A stretch of DNA of 64,000 nt. It comes from a virus. Its lineage: Duplodnaviria > Caudoviricetes. The stretch is taken from IMG/VR virus record IMGVR_UViG_2595698882_000001, positions 64,001-128,000 of that record; one strand, given 5' to 3'. This document shows, in pieces, positions 10,540-20,832 of this stretch. A program made the translations under genes and the position numbers. The notes under the pieces were generated by a model that saw only the letters and a program-made list of their open reading frames with translations, made no database searches and was not told the origin of the DNA. Numbering within the stretch: position 1 is the first letter of the stretch; every line of letters starts with the position of its first letter.

Positions 10540-10567
10540 TGACACTCTAACGGGTGTCTTTTTTTTT
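10540..10567 (+). terminator. Rho-independent terminator ending the structural module
   Basis: GACACTC...GGGTGTC stem followed by a long T run. Confidence 0.8.
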
Positions 10568-10624
10568 GCCTATTTTAGATAAAGAATACTAAAGGGTTCT
10601 GATCAAATTACACCACTACTTTGT

Positions 10625-10723
10625 CATATTTTATTTTAACTTACACTGTATTACTCTTTATATAATTATATATTAATTATTATATATAAATAATAAATAC
10701 AGAGGGGATAAAATAAAAATATG
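10625..10723. repeat. AT-rich imperfect inverted repeat (candidate replication origin)
   Basis: Nested arms CATATTTTATTTTA/TAAAATAAAAATATG, CTGTATT/AATACAG and TTTATATA/TATATAAA around an all-A/T centre. Confidence 0.55.
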
Positions 10724-10857
10724 CGCTACTCGGTTTAACAATTCAAGAAATCCCTGATGTGTCAGTAGAATAAAATAAGACAGAATGTTGATGAGACTAT
10801 ATTTTTGTGGTACAATAGAGAGTGAGATACAGAACCCATAGGAGGAATATTACACAC

Positions 10858-12630
10858 ATGAAAATCACTGTTGACACGATGTTTTCACATGTAGACTTTG
10901 GCAATGATACTCTCCTCAGAGAGAAAGTACATAAAATTGTTCACCATGCTTTAGGTATCAAAGTAGATGGTGTTCAGTATAACTCTGCATACCGGAATGG
11001 TTACTGGGACGGTATTACTGACTTCTATGACATGAAAGAGGATAAGTTCCACACAGGACTACTAGACCAGTTCTTAGGAGCTATGCGGAAACTAAAAGAG
11101 CTGGACCCCTCCTTTACATACGAGATAGAGGATGTTAGACCTTCTCCACGAGTTCACCCGGACGCTATTGACGAGCAGATTGTACTAGGGAACGGAGATC
11201 AGAACCCCATCACACTTCACGACTACCAATATGAGTCCGTTAAGAACGCATTCCGGGAGCAGGTAGGTATCGTAAACGTAGCTACTAACGGAGGGAAAAC
11301 CGAAATTGCCTCGGGATTTATGCAGCAGGTACTCCCTTACCTTCAGAGGGGGGAACGAATCGCTTTCTTCACCCACTCCAAAGAGATTTTCCACCAGTCA
11401 GCAGACCGGATCATGAAACGACTTAATCTCAAACCAAGAGACATCGGTAAGATTGGGGACGGTAAGTTCGATATCAAAAACAAGAAGATTGTATTCGTTA
11501 TGGTACCTACTCTTGTCAGCGCATTAAAGGACCCTAAACAAGGGATTAAGTTTACTCATAAAGAACGGGTTATCAAGATGATCGCTGAGGATATCACTCC
11601 GAAGTTTAGGAACACAAAGAATACCCGGCAGCTACTTCGGAACTTTATAAAAAACTGTAAGCTGACAACCAAGGTTTGGCAGGATGTAGAAGAGCATCTA
11701 ACATACATAGCCTACGATAATAAATTCACAGATAAAAAAGCGCAGATGCAGCTTAATAAATACATAGTTGAGTTTGACAAGATCATGGAAAAGAAGAACA
11801 AAAATAAATACAAGAAATACAAGGACACAACAGATTTCCTTGAGTCTGTAACAGTTATGATTGCCGATGAAGTACATCACTCGAAGGCGGATACTTGGTA
11901 CACATCTTTGTCTAAGTGTACGAATGCGATATACCGAGTCGGTCTTACAGGTACAGTTGACAAGAAGGACCCGATGGGCTGGCAGCGACTCCAAGCAATA
12001 TTCAGTCAAGTTGTTGTACGAGTATCTAACGAGTTTCTCATCGAGAGAGGAATCTCTTCTAAACCGAAAATTCGATTATTCCCTGTACAAGAGCCTAGAA
12101 ACATTGAGCTGCTGAATACATACTTAGAGGCATATAAAGCTGGAATTGTAGAGAATGAAGCCCGTAACAAGATGGTTGTAGACATCGTGAAATGGTATAA
12201 AACACAACGACCGGGTGGCATCCTTATCAGCGTTAAAGAAATAGACCATGGAGATAGAATCCTTGATCAACTAAAAGAGCAAGGGTATGACGCTGAGTTC
12301 ATCCATGGTGGGTCAGATAATGACCACCGTACAGACAACCTAGAGAGGTTCTCTAAAGGTCAACTGGATATTCTTATTGCATCAACGATCATTGACGAAG
12401 GGGTGGACATGAAGAGTATTGGTTGCATGATCTTAGCAGCGGGCGGTAAGTCCATGAGGCAACAGCTACAGCGTATTGGTCGGGGTCTACGTCTGAACGG
12501 TATTGATGGCAACAGTGTTATGGTCTTTGACTTCTATGACCAGACGAATAAGTTCTTGCTTAACCATAGCAAGGAGCGGATTAAAATATTTGAAGAGGAG
12601 AAATTCGATGTACGTATTCTGGGAAAATGA
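10858..12630 (+). CDS. Superfamily 2 (DEAD/DEAH-like) DNA helicase
   Basis: ATNGGKT, DEVH, GLTGT, IIDEGVD and QRIGRGLR motifs; start set to ATG 10858 after GGAGG. Confidence 0.92.
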   Translation: MKITVDTMFSHVDFGNDTLLREKVHKIVHHALGIKVDGVQYNSAYRNGYWDGITDFYDMKEDKFHTGLLDQFLGAMRKLKELDPSFTYEIEDVRPSPRVHPDAIDEQIVLGNGDQNPITLHDYQYESVKNAFREQVGIVNVATNGGKTEIASGFMQQVLPYLQRGERIAFFTHSKEIFHQSADRIMKRLNLKPRDIGKIGDGKFDIKNKKIVFVMVPTLVSALKDPKQGIKFTHKERVIKMIAEDITPKFRNTKNTRQLLRNFIKNCKLTTKVWQDVEEHLTYIAYDNKFTDKKAQMQLNKYIVEFDKIMEKKNKNKYKKYKDTTDFLESVTVMIADEVHHSKADTWYTSLSKCTNAIYRVGLTGTVDKKDPMGWQRLQAIFSQVVVRVSNEFLIERGISSKPKIRLFPVQEPRNIELLNTYLEAYKAGIVENEARNKMVVDIVKWYKTQRPGGILISVKEIDHGDRILDQLKEQGYDAEFIHGGSDNDHRTDNLERFSKGQLDILIASTIIDEGVDMKSIGCMILAAGGKSMRQQLQRIGRGLRLNGIDGNSVMVFDFYDQTNKFLLNHSKERIKIFEEEKFDVRILGK

Positions 12631-12728
12631 TGTAACAGTTTTATAAGCACAAATAAATTAGGTATTGACGACTCTGTATAATGTGCTATAATTTGACTAT
12701 ACAATATTACGAATGGAGGAACAGCTGT

Positions 12729-14429
12729 ATGGAATACGGTGTGTACTTGGAATCCTCTATTGTCGATTTAAAGCCCACAGTCCTAGACTTCTTAACCAAG
12801 ATTGTTGACAAGGCTAAAGAAGTTAGAGACTTTGCTATCTCTATCAAGAAAAAGGAGCTTGCGGAGATAGCGGGCAAAGACACTAGAACGGTTTCCCGCT
12901 ACCTAAACGAACTAGAAGAGAGACACATCATTGAAACAAAAGGCGTTAGAGGAAGATCAGGAGGCACGGTCATTTTATTTAACACGGAGTTAATCCGATT
13001 CGACACCTCAGATAAGGCTCTTGTCAACTCTGACAGCCCTATCTCTATTGATGATGTAGTACAGAAGAAACTCCCTAAGAAGGAGAAAGAACCTAAGAAG
13101 AAGACAAGAAATAGAAGAACCAAAAAGCAAATGATGGAGGACCAGCTTCTCCAAAATCAGCAGCAAGCTGAGCTAGATGAGCTTAACGCAGAGGTTGCTT
13201 CTTTAGGAGGCGTGCCTAATTGGGAATGGTTCCAAAAAACAGACGATCCGGTAGGCAACTACAAGACATACCTGCTATCCAGATTATACAATCGCTATGC
13301 TGCGCTGTTTACAGACAGACATAACGCAGAAGTAGTGGTTAGCGGTGAAGGGAACCAAGTACCGAAAGTAAGCAGCGATTATGATGTCCTGCCTGAGAAC
13401 TTCTTCGGTTCTTCCCGTTGGCAGCAGTTCGAGAAGTTCCGCCAATTCTGTGAGGAGAACAACATCGAGCCGGATGTATACCTGTCAGCTCAGTTCTCCA
13501 GATCAGTATTTACAGCGGCAGCCAGAAACGCTAAGAATAAAGTTCTTCCGTATGTGAATACGCTGACTACAGATACATCGTATGAGGTGTATAAACAATA
13601 CTGTGACTACCAAACAAAAGGTAGCTGGACGTATGCTATGTATAAGCAAATCCCGATCCAGTTTGCAGACGATTTCATCATCCGGGCAATCACAGAAGCT
13701 TACGATACCGCAGAGTGCGGCTTAGGGTTACTATCCTACCGTCACGCTATTAATGATTTCTTGGAAGGGTTCGGTGCAGATGAAAGGGAAGAGGCTCTAG
13801 TAGAGTTCTACCGTATAACAGAAGAGAACCTTCACAACCAAAAGGTATCATTTAAAACAAGAGATACCATTAAGAAGTTCGTGTTGACTCAATCTATGAT
13901 ATTGTCTGGAGGAATTTCTCGACTTCCGGGACACCTTATCTTAGGTGCAGAACATACTCAAGTTGTCTTAGCTTCTATCGACAAATTAGCGAAGCCTCTT
14001 GAAGAAAGGAATGAGCTAAAAGCGATGGCTTTAGGTATGCTTACGCATCCACAAATTAAACCAGATAAGCAACTAGAAAAAGGCAGAATGTACCTGTATC
14101 AGTCCAATGTTCTTTACGAGACACCACAGGTCCTCTCACTGATCATGGAGCGTAAGAGCTTGAAGCTCTCTCTTGAAGATATCAACAAAGCTTTAAAAGA
14201 ATACGGTAAAGAGAAAGTCCCGGTAGATGATTACTCCGTTCTAGACGTAGATCAGATTGTTAACTTCGTTCTTCAGGAGGAATACATCTCCACACCTAAT
14301 GAGTTCCAGCATGAGGAGATTACCGATACCCAGTCAGATGAATGGGTACTAATCGAAACAAAGGCAGAGGAGGCGGACTTCCTCGAACAAGCTGCTAAGG
14401 GTATCTTAGGGTCTGATCAGTTAACCTGA
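12729..14429 (+). CDS. HTH-containing replication/transcription protein (Rep-like)
   Basis: N-terminal winged HTH (KKELAEIAGKDTRTVSRYLNELEE..II...G.RGRSGGT); lies between two helicases. Confidence 0.7.
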   Translation: MEYGVYLESSIVDLKPTVLDFLTKIVDKAKEVRDFAISIKKKELAEIAGKDTRTVSRYLNELEERHIIETKGVRGRSGGTVILFNTELIRFDTSDKALVNSDSPISIDDVVQKKLPKKEKEPKKKTRNRRTKKQMMEDQLLQNQQQAELDELNAEVASLGGVPNWEWFQKTDDPVGNYKTYLLSRLYNRYAALFTDRHNAEVVVSGEGNQVPKVSSDYDVLPENFFGSSRWQQFEKFRQFCEENNIEPDVYLSAQFSRSVFTAAARNAKNKVLPYVNTLTTDTSYEVYKQYCDYQTKGSWTYAMYKQIPIQFADDFIIRAITEAYDTAECGLGLLSYRHAINDFLEGFGADEREEALVEFYRITEENLHNQKVSFKTRDTIKKFVLTQSMILSGGISRLPGHLILGAEHTQVVLASIDKLAKPLEERNELKAMALGMLTHPQIKPDKQLEKGRMYLYQSNVLYETPQVLSLIMERKSLKLSLEDINKALKEYGKEKVPVDDYSVLDVDQIVNFVLQEEYISTPNEFQHEEITDTQSDEWVLIETKAEEADFLEQAAKGILGSDQLT

Positions 14430-14454
14430 TACAGACCTGTTTACAGAGTAACAT

Positions 14455-14470
14455 ACAGTAGGTATACTGT
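14455..14470. promoter_or_regulatory. Palindromic operator-like site ACAGT-N6-ACTGT over the -10 box of the dnaB promoter
   Basis: ACAGT AGGTAT ACTGT overlapping TATACT; TTTACA lies 17 bp upstream. Confidence 0.6.
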
Positions 14471-14493
14471 TTAACAAACAAGGAGGGAACAAC

Positions 14494-15966
14494 TTGATAG
14501 AGAGTCCGATCCAAAAACAAATAATGAAAAAAGCAATTGAATCTCCTATCTTTGCTAAGGAGGTTCTATCACAAGCGCCTTTAGATATTTTTGAAGGTAA
14601 TGAAATTTATAAAGAGCTATCCCAGATTATTCGGCGGTACTATTCATCACACCGGGATAAGATTACTGAGGAAGCGTTGCTTACCTTAACAGAGGATAAG
14701 CTGACTAAGATGAGGAAAGACCCTGAGACACAGCAGAGTTACTTTAACGCCATCAGCGGACTGTACGAGATTAGGAACAGTCATGATGACAGCGTAACCG
14801 ATGAGAACATCGAAAAGCACATTAGGAAGCATATGTTACTAGATGTAGTCAAAAAGAACATTACGAACCTTGATGGCTCAGAAAAAACCGATAAGTTTAT
14901 CCAAAAGATAACTGAGGTTCAAAGGATGGACATAAGTGGTAAGCAGCAGGAAATCATCAACGTCATAGATGATGTAGAATACAAACGAAGAGCGTTGAGT
15001 ACCTTGAATCAAGACCTTATTCGAAGTGGGATCAACGGGCTTGATAATATTACGGATGGCGGGTTAGCTAAAGGAGAGCTTGGTCTTATCGTAGCAGCCT
15101 CCGGTACAGGTAAAACATTATGGCTTACTAACTTAGCTACTAGCTACACTAAACAGAAAAAGAATGTGCTATTCATTGCCTTAGAGGAACTAGAGAACCG
15201 AATGATCCTAAGATTCGAGCAGTCAATGCTTCGAGTGAACAGAAGCACTTTGTTAACAGGTAGAAAGCTCAACGAGGCTAACTTTGATAAACTACAGAAT
15301 GCTTATAAGAATGCCCGGGAACACCTTGGTAATCTGTTATTTGCTCGCTATTCTCCACGTACCATCACACCAGCTAAGATTGAGCAGCTTATTTCTGATG
15401 TTACACTTCGTATGGGTATAGAGCTCGATGTTGTTATTATTGACTATCCTGAACTTCTACGAAACCCTCATGCAACAGGAAATGAAGCGGATGATGGCGG
15501 TAAATTGTTTGAGGAAATGCGCCGTATTGGTCAAGACTACAGAGTCTTGATGTGGACAGCTGCTCAGATGAACCGATCAAACTATAATGCTGCTATCAAA
15601 ACTTCCGAGCACATGGAAGGTTCTCACCGTAAAAAGAATGCGGCAGAGCTTGTAGTTACAGTTAACCAAACAGAGGAAGAGTTCAACGCCGGGTTTACTC
15701 GTTTGTACATAGATAAGCTCCGTAACCCTCCTGCTGGAAACTTCAACCGAATGGTTGGCTTCAAAGTTGTAGGCAGTCAGATGACCGTTAGGGACTATGA
15801 AGGCAATGAGGCAGAGGACCATAAGGCTATACTCGAAGAAGTTGACAACAAGAACGAGCAGCTGTTTAAAGGTAAGAAGAGAGACAAGAAAGAAAATGCA
15901 CCGCAGATCGACTACTCAGCACAAATAAACCAGTATATCCATGCTCAACGCCAGATAGGTAGCTAA
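14494..15966 (+). CDS. DnaB-like replicative helicase
   Basis: Walker A AASGTGKT, FIALEE, VIIDY, TAAQMNR, KLRN. Confidence 0.92.
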   Translation: MIESPIQKQIMKKAIESPIFAKEVLSQAPLDIFEGNEIYKELSQIIRRYYSSHRDKITEEALLTLTEDKLTKMRKDPETQQSYFNAISGLYEIRNSHDDSVTDENIEKHIRKHMLLDVVKKNITNLDGSEKTDKFIQKITEVQRMDISGKQQEIINVIDDVEYKRRALSTLNQDLIRSGINGLDNITDGGLAKGELGLIVAASGTGKTLWLTNLATSYTKQKKNVLFIALEELENRMILRFEQSMLRVNRSTLLTGRKLNEANFDKLQNAYKNAREHLGNLLFARYSPRTITPAKIEQLISDVTLRMGIELDVVIIDYPELLRNPHATGNEADDGGKLFEEMRRIGQDYRVLMWTAAQMNRSNYNAAIKTSEHMEGSHRKKNAAELVVTVNQTEEEFNAGFTRLYIDKLRNPPAGNFNRMVGFKVVGSQMTVRDYEGNEAEDHKAILEEVDNKNEQLFKGKKRDKKENAPQIDYSAQINQYIHAQRQIGS

Positions 15967-15992
15967 TCGGATAGTAGGAGGAGTTCATAAGA

Positions 15993-17066
15993 ATGAGTAA
16001 GGTTGTTCACTTTACAGATTTTCATGCTCATAAATTCGAAGACTTTGCAAAGCCAGACCCGGAGTTCGGCAATGACAGATTCCGAGCACAAATCGAAACC
16101 CTACATAAGGTGTTTGATATCGCCCGTCAAAACTCAGCCCCTCTTGTGTTTGGCGGGGACTTATTCCATAGTAGAAGCCGATTAGAGGACGTTGTGTTCA
16201 ACAGAGTCTATGAAGCGTTCGCTCAGAACGATGATGTCCCAACATATTTAATTAGAGGAAACCATGACTCTAAGAACAACACAACAGATACAGAACACTG
16301 GCTGCAAACATTCAAGTACCTACCTCACGTACATGTAAGTGCTACTCCTGAAATGGTCCACGTACACTCAAAACCCGGAGGGTACCAGTTCAACAACTTT
16401 ATGCTGTACACTGTACCTTATTCTGATGATGTAGAGTTTCTTAAAAGACATATAGACAAGTTTGCTGAAGTAGCTAAGGACAGTAGTATTCCGACCTTAT
16501 TAGCCGGACACATAGGGGTAGATGGTAGTGAGACAGGGAGATATAGTCACAGACTTGAAGGAGCCTTCAAAGTAGGAGACCTGCACCCAGACGTGTTTGA
16601 CTATGTAGCTTTAGGACACTACCACAAGAGACAGTTCCTAGCAGGTACGGATAATGTGTTTTACACCGGGAACACCATTCAGACAAGTTACTCTGACGAA
16701 GGTCAAGAGAAGGGAGTATTCCTAATTGACTTTGAGAAGGGTGGTAAGCCGGAGTTTATTCCTATCAAGAACAAGTTATTTATCACACTTACCGATATTG
16801 ATGAGAATACACAGGACCTCGTAGACAATAACTACGTAAGGTTCGTACTGCCTAAAGAAAAAGCCCAAGAGGTGGAGATTTTTAAAGAAGAGAGCGATAA
16901 TGTCCGGGTAGAAATTCAAAGAGAATATAAGACCGAGACAAGAATCAATATTGATGTAAAATCCAGTGAAGAGCAAATCGTAACAGCGTATACTGAAGAG
17001 TTTTACCCTAACAGCACTGATTTAGCCTTAGATGTCCTAAAGGAGGCTATATCTAAGGAGCATTAG
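15993..17066 (+). CDS. SbcD/Mre11-like recombination nuclease
   Basis: DFH, GGDLFH, RGNHD and ALGHYH metallophosphoesterase motifs; adjacent to an SbcC-like gene. Confidence 0.9.
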   Translation: MSKVVHFTDFHAHKFEDFAKPDPEFGNDRFRAQIETLHKVFDIARQNSAPLVFGGDLFHSRSRLEDVVFNRVYEAFAQNDDVPTYLIRGNHDSKNNTTDTEHWLQTFKYLPHVHVSATPEMVHVHSKPGGYQFNNFMLYTVPYSDDVEFLKRHIDKFAEVAKDSSIPTLLAGHIGVDGSETGRYSHRLEGAFKVGDLHPDVFDYVALGHYHKRQFLAGTDNVFYTGNTIQTSYSDEGQEKGVFLIDFEKGGKPEFIPIKNKLFITLTDIDENTQDLVDNNYVRFVLPKEKAQEVEIFKEESDNVRVEIQREYKTETRINIDVKSSEEQIVTAYTEEFYPNSTDLALDVLKEAISKEH

Positions 17067-17092
17067 GAGTTATCGTATGATAACTCTTTTTT
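17067..17092 (+). terminator. Rho-independent terminator
   Basis: GAGTTATC/GATAACTC stem followed by a T run. Confidence 0.75.
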
Positions 17093-17095
17093 GTG

Positions 17096-17124
17096 TTGAC
17101 ATAACATACAGTGTCTGTTATAAT
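17096..17124 (+). promoter_or_regulatory. SigA-type promoter
   Basis: TTGACA-N17-TATAAT with extended TG. Confidence 0.8.
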
Positions 17125-17171
17125 CAAGTTACAGCGTAATATACATTGATCTAAGGAGGTAAACCCAATAT

Positions 17172-19073
17172 ATGAAATGGAAACGATTAACGGCAAAGAA
17201 CTTCTTATCTTTCGAAGAGCTAAGCCTTGACCTAGATAACCGAGGTATTATCCTTGTGGAAGGGAACAACTTAACAAGCAGTAAGTTTAAGAGTAACGGG
17301 TCAGGAAAAAGCTCGTTGTTAGAGCCCCTAGTATACGCCCTATATGACACTACATCTAAGGGGATTAAGGCAGATGATGTGGTGAATAACAAGGTTGGGA
17401 AGAACACAGAAGTTATTCTTGAGGGAGTCAAAGGTGACGATACATACCGAATCGAGAGGTACCGAAAACATAGTAAGAACAAGAATAAAGTTAAGCTGTT
17501 CATCAACGGTAAAGAAGTTACAGAGAAGTCCGCAGCAGAGACAAACAAAACCATCCAGAGAATTATAGGTATAGACTATAACACATTTATCAACAGCATT
17601 ATGTTCTCCCAAGGTAATGGAGCCGGAAGGTTTGCTATTGCTACGGATAAGGAGAAGAAAGAAATCCTTGAAAACCTTGTACACCTAGACATATATGCCA
17701 AAGCACAAGCCGTAGCTAAAGAGAGACTTAAAAAGAAAGAGGAAGAAATTGCTCTAAAGGAGCAAGAGAAGACCCGGTTAGACTGGGAGTTTGAGCGGAT
17801 AGACAGCCTAGAGAAGCAGGATAGAGAGAACTACGAAAATACAAAGCAGATGATCCTACAAGAACATCAGAACATCCGAACACTGGTTGACACGTTAGAC
17901 AAGTTTACAAGTACCAACTTTCCGGCTGTAGAGGAGATCAAAGGGCAACTTGAGGAGCTAAACAAGCAGAGGGAGTCTGCGGCAGGGTTTGATATCTCAT
18001 CACATATTCTAGAAGAAGTGAATACGGTAAAGCAGCAGCTTGTAGAAAAACAAGCACAATACCAGCAGCAAGAGTATCAGAAAAATCAATTAGTTGAACA
18101 ATACAAAAAGCTACACTCCAATACTCACTGCCCAGTTTGTGGAAACGAACTTGACACTGCCCACAGACACGCTGAGATGGAGAATATTAAACAAAAACTA
18201 GCTGTAATACTAACGACCATAAAGCAGCTACAGCAAGAGATGGAGCCTCTAAACCAGCAAGTCCAAGAAGCTACTGCTAAGTATCGAGAAGCACGAGCTA
18301 AGCAAGATGAAGCCAATCAGAACTATCAGAGCATTGTACAGGCAATCTCTAGAGGTGAGCAGCAAATTAGACAGTATGAGGATACCATCCAACAGTACCG
18401 GAATAAGATTGATGCTGCACAGAACACAGTTAATAAGTTGTCAGAGATACCAGAACCAAAACCTAGAGACAAGGAACGAAAAGAGGTAGACAAGAAGATT
18501 AAGGTCTTCCGGGAGGAACTGCTTAAGCTTCAAGAAGAAAGATTACAGCTGGAAGACGTAGTGAAAGTGTTCTCCAACTCAGGCGTGAAATCTCACGTAT
18601 TGGACTTGATAACTCCGTTCCTAAACGAAAGAGCTAACCACCACTTAGCTACTCTATCTGGACCTGACATGGAGGTCAAATTTAGTACACAAACAAAGAA
18701 CAAAGATGGCAGCATGTCAGATAAGTTCGATATTGAATTGATCAACCATGTAGGGGGAGGTAGCTATAAGTCTAATTCAGAAGGTGAGAAGAAGCGTGCC
18801 GACTTAGCAATTTCTTTAGCTATTCAGGACTTAGTGATGGGTCGAGGAGAGCCGCCAACTAATTTCATTGTATACGATGAAGTATTTGATGCGCTAGATA
18901 GCGTAGGTAGTGAAAACGTAGTAACCCTACTAAGACAGCGAGTACATACAGTTGGAACCATTTTTGTAATTACACATAGCGAACACTTAAAACCACTATT
19001 TGACAAGGTCATAACTGTAACAAAAAATAAAAGTGGAGTATCCACAGTAGACGGAGGAGTAGAAACATCATGA
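17172..19073 (+). CDS. SbcC/Rad50-like ATPase
   Basis: NGSGKSS Walker A, CPVC zinc hook, SEGEKKR signature, VYDEVFDALD, ITHS. Confidence 0.92.
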   Translation: MKWKRLTAKNFLSFEELSLDLDNRGIILVEGNNLTSSKFKSNGSGKSSLLEPLVYALYDTTSKGIKADDVVNNKVGKNTEVILEGVKGDDTYRIERYRKHSKNKNKVKLFINGKEVTEKSAAETNKTIQRIIGIDYNTFINSIMFSQGNGAGRFAIATDKEKKEILENLVHLDIYAKAQAVAKERLKKKEEEIALKEQEKTRLDWEFERIDSLEKQDRENYENTKQMILQEHQNIRTLVDTLDKFTSTNFPAVEEIKGQLEELNKQRESAAGFDISSHILEEVNTVKQQLVEKQAQYQQQEYQKNQLVEQYKKLHSNTHCPVCGNELDTAHRHAEMENIKQKLAVILTTIKQLQQEMEPLNQQVQEATAKYREARAKQDEANQNYQSIVQAISRGEQQIRQYEDTIQQYRNKIDAAQNTVNKLSEIPEPKPRDKERKEVDKKIKVFREELLKLQEERLQLEDVVKVFSNSGVKSHVLDLITPFLNERANHHLATLSGPDMEVKFSTQTKNKDGSMSDKFDIELINHVGGGSYKSNSEGEKKRADLAISLAIQDLVMGRGEPPTNFIVYDEVFDALDSVGSENVVTLLRQRVHTVGTIFVITHSEHLKPLFDKVITVTKNKSGVSTVDGGVETS

Positions 19074-19663
19074 AATTAACTGTAGATCACGCAGTAGACA
19101 TGCTGCTGCTTGAAGTAGAAACAACCGGAGAGGAAAAGAAACATATTTATCTATCCATAGAAAATGTTCATTACTGGTACCCGTTAAACACTAATTTTTC
19201 GTATAGGTACTCTAATGCGAAAGAGCAGCTGTACCTAGTTCAAGAAGGAGGATACACTGGGGAGAACGTGTACGGAGCAGACATTTTGAAGCGATCAAAA
19301 CAACTAGTGGTCAACAAGGATGGTTTTTTAATACACCCGGAAGTTCTGGAAAGAAACATGTATATTATGGATGAGGCAGCGTCAATGGGGATTCCTACAC
19401 TAATACACTCTTACAATGGTTATGACGTGGAGGACGGGTTTGATACTCTAAGTAGCTGGATCAAAGGGAGAAAAGAAATAATCGAAGACAGATTTATGGC
19501 GCAAGACGCCGAAGCTTGGACGATCACTCAGACCGAACTTAATGAGGAATGGGATAACAAGTTATACAGTTATGCAACAGACGAAGAGTTAAAGCAGCTT
19601 CAGGAGCTCGGAGAAATATATAACATGTTATGTTTAATGAGAAAACTAGCAGAAGGAAGATAA
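19070..19663 (+). CDS. Hypothetical protein
   Basis: RBS and ATGA overlap; lies between sbcC and primase. Confidence 0.65.
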   Translation: MKLTVDHAVDMLLLEVETTGEEKKHIYLSIENVHYWYPLNTNFSYRYSNAKEQLYLVQEGGYTGENVYGADILKRSKQLVVNKDGFLIHPEVLERNMYIMDEAASMGIPTLIHSYNGYDVEDGFDTLSSWIKGRKEIIEDRFMAQDAEAWTITQTELNEEWDNKLYSYATDEELKQLQELGEIYNMLCLMRKLAEGR

Positions 19664-19667
19664 CAAC

Positions 19668-20759
19668 ATGTTCATGGATTTAATACATGAGGAATTAGGT
19701 AGCAGCAAGGACTCAGTTACGCACACTCGATTTAACTGCCCTTTCTGCGGGGAGGACGACCATAAGTTCTATGTCCATAAAGATGCTCCACATCTTTGGA
19801 AATGTTTTAAATGCCCGGAGAAGGGTAACGCCGTTTCCTTCGTTATGAAGTTCTATAAGATATCTTATCCAGACGCTGTTGATATCTTAGAGACATACGA
19901 CTACGATGTGGAACTGCATCAGAACAACGATTTTGCAGCCATCAGCGGAGCTAGACCTGACCTATCCCCAGAAGAGCAGCTGCTTCTGTATATTTCACAT
20001 ATGTCGAATCCTATAGAAGAGGAAGAGGATATAAAGCTTAGGTGTCCGAAAGTACCTCCTACGTGCAAATCATTAATAGACAACTGGAATAACCCCGAAG
20101 CGTTCCCATTCTTCGCTTACTTACATCGCCGGGGGATTACTCCAGAACACATTCAGCAGCACAGTATTAGCTATATTGTGGATGACCTACTGGAACGCCC
20201 TTCGTATGACGGAAGGGAAAAAAGAACAATGCGTATAAAAAATCACGTAGTGTTCTTCACAAAGGACAACGAAGGGAACCCAATATACTGGAATACTCGG
20301 AGCATTGACCCAAACCCTTTTGTTAAGTCTATCAACGCACCTAGTACGTCAGAAGAGTATTCTAAGAGCAATACAGTATTCAATCTGAATAACGCTAAGC
20401 ATGCGGATAAGATTGTCATTCATGAGGGGGTATTCGACAGTATAATGACCCCGGGATGTGGGGTAGCCACCTTTGGTAAGCAGATCACCCAAGCGCAGCT
20501 AGAGCTGATTCTAAACGAGACAAGGGAACGTAAGCTTCCGATCTACCTGTATTTAGACACCGATGCTTGGAGAGAGATGATTGACACAAAGAATAGGATT
20601 AAGGCTATAGAGCCAGATAGACTGGTGTACTATGTTTACAGTGGATCGGATGACGATGCGAACAAGTTAGGGATTGAAAAGGTAAGTGAACTCATTAGCA
20701 ATGCATTCATAGCAGATGCCACATCGGATGTACAGTTAGAGTTATTAAATTATGTGTAA
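19668..20759 (+). CDS. DNA primase
   Basis: CPFC...WKCFKC zinc finger; TOPRIM motifs EGVFD and YLDTDA. Confidence 0.9.
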   Translation: MFMDLIHEELGSSKDSVTHTRFNCPFCGEDDHKFYVHKDAPHLWKCFKCPEKGNAVSFVMKFYKISYPDAVDILETYDYDVELHQNNDFAAISGARPDLSPEEQLLLYISHMSNPIEEEEDIKLRCPKVPPTCKSLIDNWNNPEAFPFFAYLHRRGITPEHIQQHSISYIVDDLLERPSYDGREKRTMRIKNHVVFFTKDNEGNPIYWNTRSIDPNPFVKSINAPSTSEEYSKSNTVFNLNNAKHADKIVIHEGVFDSIMTPGCGVATFGKQITQAQLELILNETRERKLPIYLYLDTDAWREMIDTKNRIKAIEPDRLVYYVYSGSDDDANKLGIEKVSELISNAFIADATSDVQLELLNYV

Positions 20760-20768
20760 CTTAAAGTG

Positions 20769-20797
20769 TTGACAGTACATAGACTGTATGATATAGT
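20769..20797 (+). promoter_or_regulatory. SigA-type promoter containing the ACAGT-N6-ACTGT palindrome
   Basis: TTGACA-N17-TATAGT; ACAGT ACATAG ACTGT at 20772-20787. Confidence 0.75.
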
Positions 20798-20832
20798 ATA
20801 TTATATAGTCACATTATAAGGAGGAAAACTAT

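Noticed and set aside
11530-11850. Insertion of about 110 aa in the SF2 helicase as an intein
   Set aside because: No C/S start with HN-C/S/T end and no LAGLIDADG motif; it looks like a helical insertion domain
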